53,485 nt of DNA from a virus, in IMG/VR virus record IMGVR_UViG_3300042292_001278, positions 1-53,485 of that record; one strand, 5' to 3'. Below the pieces are notes generated by a model. The model saw only the letters and a list, made by a program, of their open reading frames with translations, did not search any database and was not told the DNA's origin. Positions 1-8,786 of the stretch are shown here, piece by piece. Each line of letters starts with the position of its first letter. Position 1 is the stretch's first letter. The position numbers and the translations under genes are program-made.

Positions 1-799
1 ACAATTCCCGAACCAATTCAACAGATTCAGCCGGAATATAGTCAGTCTGAACCGGACGCATGGCTTTAGAAATTAGATGATCATGTCCGCAAGATTCTAA
101 CCATTTTTCCAACTCCTTGCCAGACTTAAATTTTAATTCCTTGCCAAGTTGAGCTAAGGACTTCCCACGAAATACAGCCAGTTGCTTGCCATCTTCATTC
201 ATAACAACCGACTCGAATTGGGTTTCAGTTTCTCGCACCACCGCTTCGGGGCGACCTTGGATGAGTGCTAACATTCCTGCACCGTGAATGGTGACGATAG
301 AGGCACTGGATTCTAAAACAAATCGCTGATCTTTCATGCTGCTGGCTTGGGCTTCGGCAATTCGGACTTGCAGCCGGAGAAATTCTAGCTCATCATATTG
401 CTGAGGGATGACGGTTTCGGCTTCACGGGTTTTAACCACAAAATAGGCTTGGGCTTGGGCGATTTCCGGTTTGCGGACATCACCGTTCATCGCAATGAGA
501 TATGCCGCGTAACGAGATAGTTTATAGTTCTGTTGCTTAGATCCCCCTCCTTGAGAGCGTTTCACCAGATTGAACTCAACCTCAAAGTGGTGTTCTACAT
601 TTTCACCGTGAACCCGACAAGATACAATTGCCCTTTGAGTGACTTCGTTGAATTGTCGCCAGTTTGTATACCCCAACAGAACCATTAACTCCCGTGCCAT
701 CCAATACTCGCAACCTTCACGGTCAATGCGCTTAATGGAATCAAAAGGAGATTTAGACTGATCGTGATCTTGATTGCCAGACAATGCTAAACTAGACAT
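1..799 (-). CDS. DinD/Bro-N-like phage antirepressor-type protein, C-terminus cut by window edge
   Basis: Manual reverse-strand translation starts MSSLALSGNQDHDQSKSPFDSIKRIDREGCEYWMARELMVLLGYTNWRQFNEVTQRAIVSCRVHG; open to the window edge. Confidence 0.5.
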   Translation of the reverse strand, partial: MSSLALSGNQDHDQSKSPFDSIKRIDREGCEYWMARELMVLLGYTNWRQFNEVTQRAIVSCRVHGENVEHHFEVEFNLVKRSQGGGSKQQNYKLSRYAAYLIAMNGDVRKPEIAQAQAYFVVKTREAETVIPQQYDELEFLRLQVRIAEAQASSMKDQRFVLESSASIVTIHGAGMLALIQGRPEAVVRETETQFESVVMNEDGKQLAVFRGKSLAQLGKELKFKSGKELEKWLESCGHDHLISKAMRPVQTDYIPAESVELVREL

Positions 800-988
800 A
801 TAACCCTCCTTTGGGTTGTTATAAGTAATTTTTGAGAAAAGCTGGAGACTTACTACTTCCTCCGGCTTTTCTCATTCCTATATTATACACCAAATTAACA
901 GGAGCTTGAATAAAAACGGGGTATTTAGCAAGTAAATAATATTAAAATTGTGCGGTGGTAAATTACATTAAATACCCTACAATAATCC

Positions 989-1477
989 CTAGATATCCCC
1001 ATTATCTTCATCTTCTAAACTTTGGATATGGTCAAATACTACGCCCGTTTGATAGATTTGTTCATGGAGTGTGGCAATGGCTTTAACCGTCTCTACTGCC
1101 ATCCTTCCGTGAATATGCGTCCCTGATTTGGTTAACTTGCCACAGGCTTTCATTGGGTCATCGCTCTTGGATGCTTGACTATAAGCCTTTGCACTAACAG
1201 CAATAGAAGATGATGCGATTACGTCTAACCCACGCAAATAAACCTCCATCCTTTTGATTCCATCCTCAAGATCCTTTTTATACTTCTCTCTATTTTCCTC
1301 AATCATTGATTTAATTGCCTCCATTTTTTCGTTAATAATCTCTCGTTTCCTTTCTTCCCAAATGGGTTGTTTTTTCCAGTGTCTTATTATCCCTTCTGAA
1401 ACTCCAATCTGACTGGCAACCTCTCTGTTGGACAGGGATGGGTTGTCAAGAAATGCCTTAACAGCATCTTTGATCAG
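989..1477 (-). CDS. HTH protein resembling a terminase small subunit; probable non-ATG (CTG) start upstream of the ORF-track start
   Basis: Open frame continues upstream of Met 1324: AVKAFLDNPSLSNREVASQIGVSEGIIRHWKKQPIWEERKREIINEKMEAIKS..., preceded by AAGGGAGG. Confidence 0.4.
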   Translation of the reverse strand: MIKDAVKAFLDNPSLSNREVASQIGVSEGIIRHWKKQPIWEERKREIINEKMEAIKSMIEENREKYKKDLEDGIKRMEVYLRGLDVIASSSIAVSAKAYSQASKSDDPMKACGKLTKSGTHIHGRMAVETVKAIATLHEQIYQTGVVFDHIQSLEDEDNGDI

Positions 1478-1566
1478 ATGTGCCTTACCTCCCTTTATTT
1501 CGCAACCTTACGCAATAACAACACTTTAAAGTTAACATAGTTGAAAACATTGCTACAACTTAAAAT

Positions 1567-2130
1567 ATGAGTAAACCTAAAATTACTGAGACTGATATCA
1601 GCAAATTGACTCCCGATCCGAATAACGCACGGAAAAGAACACCATTGTCGGCAAGCGTTATTAGGAAATCGTTAGAACAGTTTGGGGCAGCTCGAAGTAT
1701 TGTTGTCGATGAAAATGACGTGATTCGGGCGGGTAATGGAACCTTTGAGGAGGCGGGTCAATTAGGGATTGAGAAGGTTGTCACCATTGAGGTAGATGGT
1801 AATACTATTGTTGCAGTCAAAAGGAGAGGATTGACTGAGGAACAATGGAAAAAGTATGCGATCGCTGATAATACGGCTTCTGATTTTAGTACATGGGATT
1901 ATGAAATATTGGAGGAGTTGGCTCAAGAGGTAGATTATTCTGAGTTTTTCCCTGATGATAAATTGAATGAATTGTTAGAGTCATTGGGTAAAGGTGAAAG
2001 TTTTGGCAATACTGAACCCAAGGAAGATGGAAACCCAGAATCACCAGAAGATTTTAAGGAATATGGAGAAGATATCGAAACCGAACACTGTTGCCCTAAA
2101 TGTGGTTACAAATGGTCTGGAGGTAAATAA
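1567..2130 (+). CDS. ParB-like N-terminal domain protein with C-terminal zinc-ribbon CCPKCGYKW
   Basis: ISKLTPDPNNARKR...SLEQFGAARSIVVDENDVIRAGNGTFEEAGQLG; abuts the methyltransferase start. Confidence 0.75.
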   Translation: MSKPKITETDISKLTPDPNNARKRTPLSASVIRKSLEQFGAARSIVVDENDVIRAGNGTFEEAGQLGIEKVVTIEVDGNTIVAVKRRGLTEEQWKKYAIADNTASDFSTWDYEILEELAQEVDYSEFFPDDKLNELLESLGKGESFGNTEPKEDGNPESPEDFKEYGEDIETEHCCPKCGYKWSGGK

Positions 2131-3204
2131 ATGAATACCAAACCCATTTATCGTGTTCCTCTAATGAAAGAGATAGAAGAAATCCCCTGGAACGGGTTTA
2201 ATGTTGTTTCTACCTTTAGTGGTACTGGTGGCTCATGTCTTGGCTATCGGATGGCTGGTTATCGGGTGTTGTGGGCTAATGAATTTATTCCTGCGGCTCA
2301 GGATTCTTATAAAGCAAATCACCCGAATTCCATCCTTGATAGGAGAGATATTCGGTTGGTACAGCCAGAAGACATTTTAAGAGCAACTGGCTTAGGTGTT
2401 GGCGAAATTGACATATTCGATGGTTCGCCCCCGTGTGCAGCTTTTTCTAAAGCAGGTAAACGTGATAAAGGATGGGGTGTCGTAAAGAAATATTCAGATA
2501 CCACGCAACGGGTTGACGATTTGTTTTTTGAATACACCAGACTAATCCAAGGAACAAAGCCTAAAGTATTTGTTGCTGAAAATGTAGCAGGTTTAGTTAC
2601 AGGTGTTGCTAAAGGTTATTTTTTAGAGATACTGAGAACTTTAAAAGCCTGTGGCTACAAAGTTAAGTGTAAAGTTTTAGATGCTCAGTGGTTAGGTGTT
2701 CCACAGGCCAGGCAACGGACTATTTTTATAGGGATTAGAGACGATATTAACTTGGATATCGTCTACCCTATACCATGCAAAAAACAATACACTGTTAGGG
2801 ATGCAATATCAAATCTAGGGATTGACAATAGTTTGTTTTATAAACTTCCTAAAGGTAAAATGTTAGATGTTTATATGAACACAAGAGATGACGAGAAAGG
2901 TAGATTTGAAGATGCACATTACAGATTGTACGGCAAGGAGTCTTATTTTAATTTTGCGAGAGCTTGTTGGGATTTACCGTCTAGGACTATTCTACAAAGT
3001 AGCCAGGGTATATGTCACCCAGAGATACCCAGAACATTTACTATTTCAGAATTAAAGCGTATCTGTGCTTTCCCAGATGACTTTATATTATTAGGTTCAT
3101 TTGCTAAACAATGGGAACGACTGGGGCGTGCTGTTCCCCCTGTTATGATGTCACATATTGCCAAAACAATTCAATTAGAAATACTAGAAAAATGTGTGGA
3201 TTAG
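2131..3204 (+). CDS. C5-cytosine DNA methyltransferase family, candidate cytosine carboxymethyltransferase
   Basis: Motif I FSGTGGSCLGYRMAGY, motif IV DGSPPCAAFSKAG, motif VI ENVAGL, motif VIII QARQRTIFIGI; motif X reads LGRAVPPVMM rather than GNAVPP. Confidence 0.9.
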   Translation: MNTKPIYRVPLMKEIEEIPWNGFNVVSTFSGTGGSCLGYRMAGYRVLWANEFIPAAQDSYKANHPNSILDRRDIRLVQPEDILRATGLGVGEIDIFDGSPPCAAFSKAGKRDKGWGVVKKYSDTTQRVDDLFFEYTRLIQGTKPKVFVAENVAGLVTGVAKGYFLEILRTLKACGYKVKCKVLDAQWLGVPQARQRTIFIGIRDDINLDIVYPIPCKKQYTVRDAISNLGIDNSLFYKLPKGKMLDVYMNTRDDEKGRFEDAHYRLYGKESYFNFARACWDLPSRTILQSSQGICHPEIPRTFTISELKRICAFPDDFILLGSFAKQWERLGRAVPPVMMSHIAKTIQLEILEKCVD

Positions 3205-4547
3205 CGGGTACATACAAATCCAGCGTAGATGTAGAGTCTATGCTTCTTAAAATAATACATAGGGGGCGAGATGGTCAAGGTGTTCACAAGCATGAAGACA
3301 CTGTTCATGGTCACGTTAGGCTGTCTTTACTTGATTTAAGTTCGGCATCTAAACAACCTTTTATCTTAAATAATTCCACTCTTTCATTTAATGGTGAGAT
3401 ATGGAATTATAGAGATATAAAAAAGAAGTTACAAGACGACGGGTGCAAATTCAATACAACAGGTGACACCGAAGTATTGAGTCAATTTTTAGATATTTAC
3501 GGTGTTTCACGGCTAAATCAACTAGAGGGAATGTTTGCTTTTGTATGGAGTAAAGGGGATGAGCATTGGCTTGTGAGAGACCGTTTTGGTGAGATACCCT
3601 TGTATCTGGCAAAAACGAATAAAGGGTATATTTGGGCATCTGAAAGAAAAGCATTTCCTAGTGGTGTTATGCCTGTTGCCGTTCCTCCGGGCTATGCTTT
3701 TAATCTAGTGAAAGGCGAGTGGTTTCAATGGTACAAGCTACCAGGAGCAACACCACAGCAAAATATATTAGATTGCTTGAATAGGGGTGTAGAACAAAGA
3801 TTAAATGCTGATGCTCCCGTCTGCTGTCTTATATCGGGCGGATTAGATAGCGTCTTGGTTCTGCAAATAGCAAAGTCTATAAACAAAAACATCGTAGCTT
3901 TTACAGCAAAAATGCGTAATGATTCAAATGATTTACTAGCAGCCAGGAAGATATGTAGTGAGTATGAAATTCAATTAATAGAAGTGCCAGTATCTATTGA
4001 TTTAGATTCTTTAACTAACGCAGCCAAGGTAATAGAAATTAACAGCAAAGCTCAAATAGAGATAGCTTCATTATGTCTACCATTAGCACAAAGGATAAGG
4101 GCAGAAGGCTTTAAATCTTGCTTATCTGGTGAAGCTGCCGACGAGCTTTTTGGTGGTTATGGTAATTTCTGTATTCAGGCATCCAAAAGCACAAATACAG
4201 AAGTTATATCTCTTAGAAAAAGTCAATTAGCAAAAATGGCAAGAGGTAATTTTGTTAGGTGCAATAAGTCTTTTATGTATGGTGGCGTAGAGTGTAGATT
4301 GCCTTTTATGGATGTGAAGTTAGTTGAATATGCCATAAACTTAGACCTCTCGCAATCACCACCAAATAAAAAACTACTGAAATCCGCGTCGGCTAGACTG
4401 CTACCTAAATGGGTGATATCCAGGGTTAAGGATACTTTTCAAGGTGGTAGTGGTGTGTCCGATTGGACAGAGAAAAATATAGCATCGCCAATAAAATTTT
4501 ACAACAACGAACTAAAGAAAACTTTTGGATACTTACCCAAGGATTAA
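3192..4547 (+). CDS. Asparagine-synthetase-like class-II glutamine amidotransferase
   Basis: N-terminal MCGLAG nucleophile Cys, FNGEIWNY, ISGGLDSVLVLQIA PP-loop; start overlaps the methyltransferase stop. Confidence 0.88.
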   Translation: MCGLAGTYKSSVDVESMLLKIIHRGRDGQGVHKHEDTVHGHVRLSLLDLSSASKQPFILNNSTLSFNGEIWNYRDIKKKLQDDGCKFNTTGDTEVLSQFLDIYGVSRLNQLEGMFAFVWSKGDEHWLVRDRFGEIPLYLAKTNKGYIWASERKAFPSGVMPVAVPPGYAFNLVKGEWFQWYKLPGATPQQNILDCLNRGVEQRLNADAPVCCLISGGLDSVLVLQIAKSINKNIVAFTAKMRNDSNDLLAARKICSEYEIQLIEVPVSIDLDSLTNAAKVIEINSKAQIEIASLCLPLAQRIRAEGFKSCLSGEAADELFGGYGNFCIQASKSTNTEVISLRKSQLAKMARGNFVRCNKSFMYGGVECRLPFMDVKLVEYAINLDLSQSPPNKKLLKSASARLLPKWVISRVKDTFQGGSGVSDWTEKNIASPIKFYNNELKKTFGYLPKD

Positions 4548-5253
4548 CATGAATAATTATCACGTCCCATCTAAAGATAAATGGGAATTTGACGAATCAG
4601 TAACAGACATTTTTGATGATATGTTGGCTCGTTCAATTCCTCAATACGAGGTAATGAGAGACGCTGTTACCAATATCGCTCGTGAATACATAAAACCCGC
4701 CAGTTCTGTCATAGATATTGGATGCTCAAGAGGTGAGCAGATATCTCGACTAATTCAATCCTATGGGACTAATTGCACCTATTATGGAATCGAAGTTAGT
4801 CAACCGATGATTAACGCGAGTAGGGAAAAGTTTAAGGGTTTTGAATGCGTCAGTTTACATGAATTAGATTTAAGAAAAGATTGGTTAACTCTTAAAAACG
4901 TATCCGTCACTTTGTCGGTTTTAACTTTACAGTTTATTCCGATTGAATACAGATTAAGACTACTCAAAAAAATCTATGATTCAACTCGAAAAGGCGGGTG
5001 TTTTATTTTAGTTGAAAAAGTTATTGGGGGGTCTGCTGATATTGACAGTTTATTGACCAATCAGTATTATAACTTAAAACATCAGAATGGTTATTCTATT
5101 TATGAGATAGAACGGAAAAAAATAAGCCTAGAGGGTGTACTTGTTCCGGTAACAGCTAATTGGAATGAAGAAATGCTTAGATTGTCTGGTTTTACTGAGG
5201 TTGATTGTTTTTGGCGTTGGATGAACTTTTCTGGATGGATTGCTGTTAAGTAG
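4525..5253 (+). CDS. CmoA-like carboxy-S-adenosylmethionine synthase (alternative start ATG 4549)
   Basis: WEFDESVTDIFDDMLARSIPQYEVM, VIDIGCSRG, LTLQFIPIEYRLRLLKKIYDSTRKGGCFILVEK, YNLKHQNGYSIYEIERK align with remembered E. coli CmoA segments. Confidence 0.85.
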   Translation: MDTYPRINMNNYHVPSKDKWEFDESVTDIFDDMLARSIPQYEVMRDAVTNIAREYIKPASSVIDIGCSRGEQISRLIQSYGTNCTYYGIEVSQPMINASREKFKGFECVSLHELDLRKDWLTLKNVSVTLSVLTLQFIPIEYRLRLLKKIYDSTRKGGCFILVEKVIGGSADIDSLLTNQYYNLKHQNGYSIYEIERKKISLEGVLVPVTANWNEEMLRLSGFTEVDCFWRWMNFSGWIAVK

Positions 5254-5320
5254 AATGAAACTAATGGAAAGATTGCCAGATTAATTAATATTAACTGTGA
5301 TATAATATTAATAGTAAATT

Positions 5321-5350
5321 GCCCTTCGCGGTGCATCAACACCCAAGGGC
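5321..5350 (+). promoter_or_regulatory. Imperfect hairpin in leader of the 5377 gene
   Basis: GCCCTT-CGC-GGTG-CATCAA-CACC-C-AAGGGC. Confidence 0.4.
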
Positions 5351-5376
5351 TGTAAACCTGATTCAGAGGTATCACA

Positions 5377-5934
5377 ATGATTGATTTTAACAAAGAATTG
5401 GTAACGCCGTCAAGCCCTGACAATCTATTCCTTATTGATTTTGACGAGGTTTGGCAACAGCTAGGTTACAGCACAAAAAGGTCTGCTATAAGAGCGTTAA
5501 AAGACCTGTTTACGGAAGGAAATGATTATGTATACGGCAATGATAAATATCCGACAACTGGGCGACCGTCGCATTTGTTACTATTGTCCGCTAATTGTTT
5601 TCAACAAATAAAGGCAATAAAAGCAAGAAAAAGACTTTCTGAAAGGACAGAGAAAGTTATCCAAAAGAAGATTCAATGCTGCATGGGTGGTCAGTCAGAA
5701 GTTTTGACACCGGCAGGAAAAATAGATTTACTAACTGAAAAGGACTTGATTGAATTTAAAGAAGCAAAAAAATGGAAGGAAGCGATTGGGCAAGTATTGG
5801 CTTATGGATATTACTATCCATCACATAGGAAGGTAATCTATTTATTTGGTTGCGCTCATTCAAGTTTCAAAGAAATGGTAGAAAAAATCTGTCTCAAAAA
5901 CGGGGTTTTCGTTGAGTGGATTAGATTGGATTAA
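5377..5934 (+). CDS. Phage antirepressor-like N-terminus plus putative PD-(D/E)XK-like domain
   Basis: LFLIDFDEVWQQLGYSTKRSAIRALKD...HLLLLSANCFQQIKA; then GKIDLLTEKDLIEFKEAKKWKEAIGQVLAYGYYYP. Confidence 0.5.
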   Translation: MIDFNKELVTPSSPDNLFLIDFDEVWQQLGYSTKRSAIRALKDLFTEGNDYVYGNDKYPTTGRPSHLLLLSANCFQQIKAIKARKRLSERTEKVIQKKIQCCMGGQSEVLTPAGKIDLLTEKDLIEFKEAKKWKEAIGQVLAYGYYYPSHRKVIYLFGCAHSSFKEMVEKICLKNGVFVEWIRLD

Positions 5935-6221
5935 AGGGTTACATTTATGCTAAACCCCAAACCCTCACGGGAAAGATCCGGCTTGGTTGCCAACGTCAAA
6001 AGGATCAGAATTTTCTAAGTTGTTACTCGCCGCACAGAAGGGGATTAAGGACGCAACCCGTCAACACTTGCAATGGTTTGAATCTGTTGTTGATGTTTTG
6101 GCGGTGTAGAAGGTTGAAATAGTATAGTGCCACACCAAGACGAATATATCTCAAAAATAGCGAAAATCTATATGTGTTGTGGAAACATGTATAGAAAAGT
6201 GGCATTTTCTATATGTCAACT

Positions 6222-6252
6222 AAAAACCCAGGATGTTAAGTTCTGGGTTTTT
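6222..6252. terminator. Rho-independent-like terminator
   Basis: AAAAACCCAG...CTGGGTTTTT. Confidence 0.65.
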
Positions 6253-6275
6253 AGTTTGGCGATCGCAGTATCGAT

Positions 6276-6551
6276 CTAAGGTTGAGACTTTTTAAATAAT
6301 CCGGGTTTGATTAGATGATTGATAAACCACTCCCAAGCCTCCGTCCCGTAATTCAGGATGATAATATCGCTCATTGCTAAACCACGTTCCTCACAATAGT
6401 TCCCGTGTCTCTCCCCTAGTAATTCATCGAATGCTATTACATCCAGAACGGGGCGATTAAGTGTCCTTGAGGTTGAATAGTTAATGACGCTATTAAAATC
6501 TTTGATTTCAAAATATTTCAATAGCTCTTGCTGAAATTTGAGAATATCCAT
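6276..6551 (-). CDS. Hypothetical protein
   Basis: 91-aa ORF. Confidence 0.5.
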   Translation of the reverse strand: MDILKFQQELLKYFEIKDFNSVINYSTSRTLNRPVLDVIAFDELLGERHGNYCEERGLAMSDIIILNYGTEAWEWFINHLIKPGLFKKSQP

Positions 6552-6583
6552 TTTTGTCCTATGTGTTTTAGTTTGGCGATCGC

Positions 6584-7072
6584 CTAATTCCCTGACTCAA
6601 TAGACCAACTAGAATAAGCCTCGATATCGTAGAAGCGGTCGTCTATTAAGGTTTGATCCTCAATATCCCTATAGTTTTCTGCCATGATTTCAAACATCCG
6701 AGCAAACGGGTCAATGTCTAGGGAAGTTTTGCCGTCCGTCATCAGAACGTAGGAATGGGCATCAAGCCAGTTGGCAAGTTCTGGACTAATCCATCGGGCA
6801 ACCTTAACCGCCAGTAATGGATGTCCCCATGTTCCCTGCTCCCTATTGTCTGAAAATTTCCCTTTCACAACCTCTAAGAGTGATTCCTCAGATGTGAGGG
6901 AATTAGACAGGGCATCCATTTCAGCCTTTGAGGATTTCAGTCGTAACCAGTTATCAAGTCTTGTGTTGTAGGCTTTGCACATTTGAGTCAGGTTCACATA
7001 CCCATCTGACTCCCGAACAGAAATCTTAATCCCTTCAAACTGAAGTGGAACAATTTTGCTATTATGATTCAT
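6584..7072 (-). CDS. KilA-N domain protein
   Basis: ISVRESDGYVNLTQMCKAYNTRLDNWLRLKSS...GTWGHPLLAVKVARWISPELANWLD. Confidence 0.85.
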   Translation of the reverse strand: MNHNSKIVPLQFEGIKISVRESDGYVNLTQMCKAYNTRLDNWLRLKSSKAEMDALSNSLTSEESLLEVVKGKFSDNREQGTWGHPLLAVKVARWISPELANWLDAHSYVLMTDGKTSLDIDPFARMFEIMAENYRDIEDQTLIDDRFYDIEAYSSWSIESGN

Positions 7073-7172
7073 AGTTGACCTGCTGTATAGGTTGGCTCAC
7101 GTCCCCGAATGTTTCCGCATTGCGGGGACACTTATTATTATAACAATTTTATTAATAGAAATAGTCGATATT

Positions 7173-7204
7173 AAAAACCCCAGGGGTTGAATCCTGGGGT
7201 TTTT
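7173..7204. terminator. Bidirectional Rho-independent-like terminator
   Basis: AAAAACCCCAGG-GGTTGAAT-CCTGGGGTTTTT. Confidence 0.75.
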
Positions 7205-7224
7205 GTCGTTGGGAGTGCGATCGC

Positions 7225-7470
7225 TTAATCTTTTTCCTTATCTTGCCTGTCTCTCTCCCGTCGCCTTTTGGCGCACAGGCGTTTTTGTTCGCGCCGATTT
7301 TCCTTTTGCTCTGGGGTTAAGTTGGCAAGGTAGCGTTTCCGCCGTTCCCTTGCCTTCTCCGTCCCCTCGTACTTCAGATCCCTGTCTTTACCCTTCTGGG
7401 TTGCCTTATACCGTTGTTGGGCTTCCCAGAGGGAGGGTTTCCATTCTTTGGTCATGTGATAAACCACCAA
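7225..7470 (-). CDS. Highly basic hypothetical protein
   Basis: 81-aa ORF rich in K/R. Confidence 0.45.
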   Translation of the reverse strand: MVVYHMTKEWKPSLWEAQQRYKATQKGKDRDLKYEGTEKARERRKRYLANLTPEQKENRREQKRLCAKRRRERDRQDKEKD

Positions 7471-7730
7471 TATTTCTTAATTCCCGTGCTTTTCCCGTTG
7501 TTGGGACAATCCCCTTCACCCATAACGAGGTTTCCGTCATTGGTGGGATAACCGTCTTCAGTTTCCCCGACTATTGACAACATGGCTCTATTTAGTGTTT
7601 GGATTGAGCAAATAACGTCTTTTTCTTCTTTGAGTTTTTGGGCTAATTCTTTGGTAGAAACCCCGTCAATCCATCCGGGGTCGCTGTCAATTATCCCCTT
7701 GATTTTTGTTTTTAATTGTTCTATTTTCAT
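7452..7730 (-). CDS. Hypothetical protein, HTH-like
   Basis: 92-aa ORF, GVSTKELAQKLKEEKDVICSIQTLNRAMLS. Confidence 0.4.
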   Translation of the reverse strand: MKIEQLKTKIKGIIDSDPGWIDGVSTKELAQKLKEEKDVICSIQTLNRAMLSIVGETEDGYPTNDGNLVMGEGDCPNNGKSTGIKKYWWFIT

Positions 7731-7801
7731 CTGTCCTCCTTTGTGCGTTTTGGTTTATTAAATCCCTAGCCGTTTGGTGTTTGGCTAGGGTATGGGGTGA
7801 T

Positions 7802-8167
7802 TTAGTTTTTACTTAATTCAAAAGCCAACCAGTTGCAAGATGTCACTTTATCTAGGTTTTCTCGCTTTACTTGACAAACCTCATCTCCAATTCCTTTGAA
7901 GAAAACAATGTATTCGGGGTTGCTAATTCTGTTAATAACTTTCATCGACTTAACATATTGTCCTCTGGCAATGGCTTCACATTCTAGGATTTCTTGTCTG
8001 TTCTCTCCGGCTCTGACTAATTTTTTCTTCACGTATTCTTTAACTTGCTCATCACTCTGTCCCGCACCTTTTAAAACGGCTGCATCTTGACCCGCTCTTT
8101 TACACCATTCTTCAGTTGAGACATCTAAAATACGTGAAGTATAAAGAACTTTTTGTGTAACTGCCAT
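7802..8167 (-). CDS. Hypothetical protein
   Basis: 121-aa ORF. Confidence 0.5.
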   Translation of the reverse strand: MAVTQKVLYTSRILDVSTEEWCKRAGQDAAVLKGAGQSDEQVKEYVKKKLVRAGENRQEILECEAIARGQYVKSMKVINRISNPEYIVFFKGIGDEVCQVKRENLDKVTSCNWLAFELSKN

Positions 8168-8300
8168 TTGATTTGTCCTTTGCTTTTGCGTGTTTCAATA
8201 ATCTAAATATAGTAGACTTACGGCTATATGTCAACCCCTAAAATAAAATATTTTTTAGATTGACTGAACTCCTTGCTATGTAAGGAGTTCAGTCTTTTGG

Positions 8301-8720
8301 TTAATCCTCAAATTTTGCCTTGAGAGCCAGCATAGCCTTTTTCTTCTTATGCCTTAAATAAGATTCGGCATCGGTCAATTTCCTGCCTGGAAAAATAGAC
8401 GGTCTCCCTATAGGCTTAGGATCAGTTTTGGGATGAATTCTCGGTCTTCCCACGGGCTTAGGATCGGAGGTTTGGGACGCTCCGCAGGGGGTACAGCGCC
8501 ACTTCTGCCTCCCGTCCGAATGAACCCCGTTTTTTTTCATCTTGTGTCCGCACTTTGGACATGGCGGGTTTTTCTTGGCTTCATTGGATTTTCGATTCCG
8601 CAACCAACAGGGATTGCAGAAATACTTTTGTTTTCCGGTTGGCGTTATCCCAGACTTCCACATCTTCCCACCGCAAGTTAAGCAACGCGGGTTATATTTT
8701 TCCGTGTTATCTTTGTCCAT
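8301..8720 (-). CDS. Double zinc-ribbon protein resembling IS1 InsA-type DNA-binding domains
   Basis: CLTCGGKMWKSGITPTGKQKYFCNPC and CPKCGHKMKKNGVHSDGRQKWRCTPCG; AT-hook-like GRPR/GRPS motifs. Confidence 0.55.
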   Translation of the reverse strand: MDKDNTEKYNPRCLTCGGKMWKSGITPTGKQKYFCNPCWLRNRKSNEAKKNPPCPKCGHKMKKNGVHSDGRQKWRCTPCGASQTSDPKPVGRPRIHPKTDPKPIGRPSIFPGRKLTDAESYLRHKKKKAMLALKAKFED

Positions 8721-8786
8721 TAGTAGCCTGTTCTGTAGGTTTACTCAAGTCCCCAGATGTGACAAAACATCGTGGGGATAATTTTT

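Noticed and set aside
2319-2537. Antisense ORF inside the C5 methyltransferase gene.
   Set aside because: Fully inside a convincing conserved coding sequence, no domain features.
3111-3191. ORF-track start of the amidotransferase at 3111.
   Set aside because: Class-II amidotransferases need Cys after the initiator Met; MCGLAG at 3192 is the natural start, and the 27-residue extension overlaps the MTase frame.
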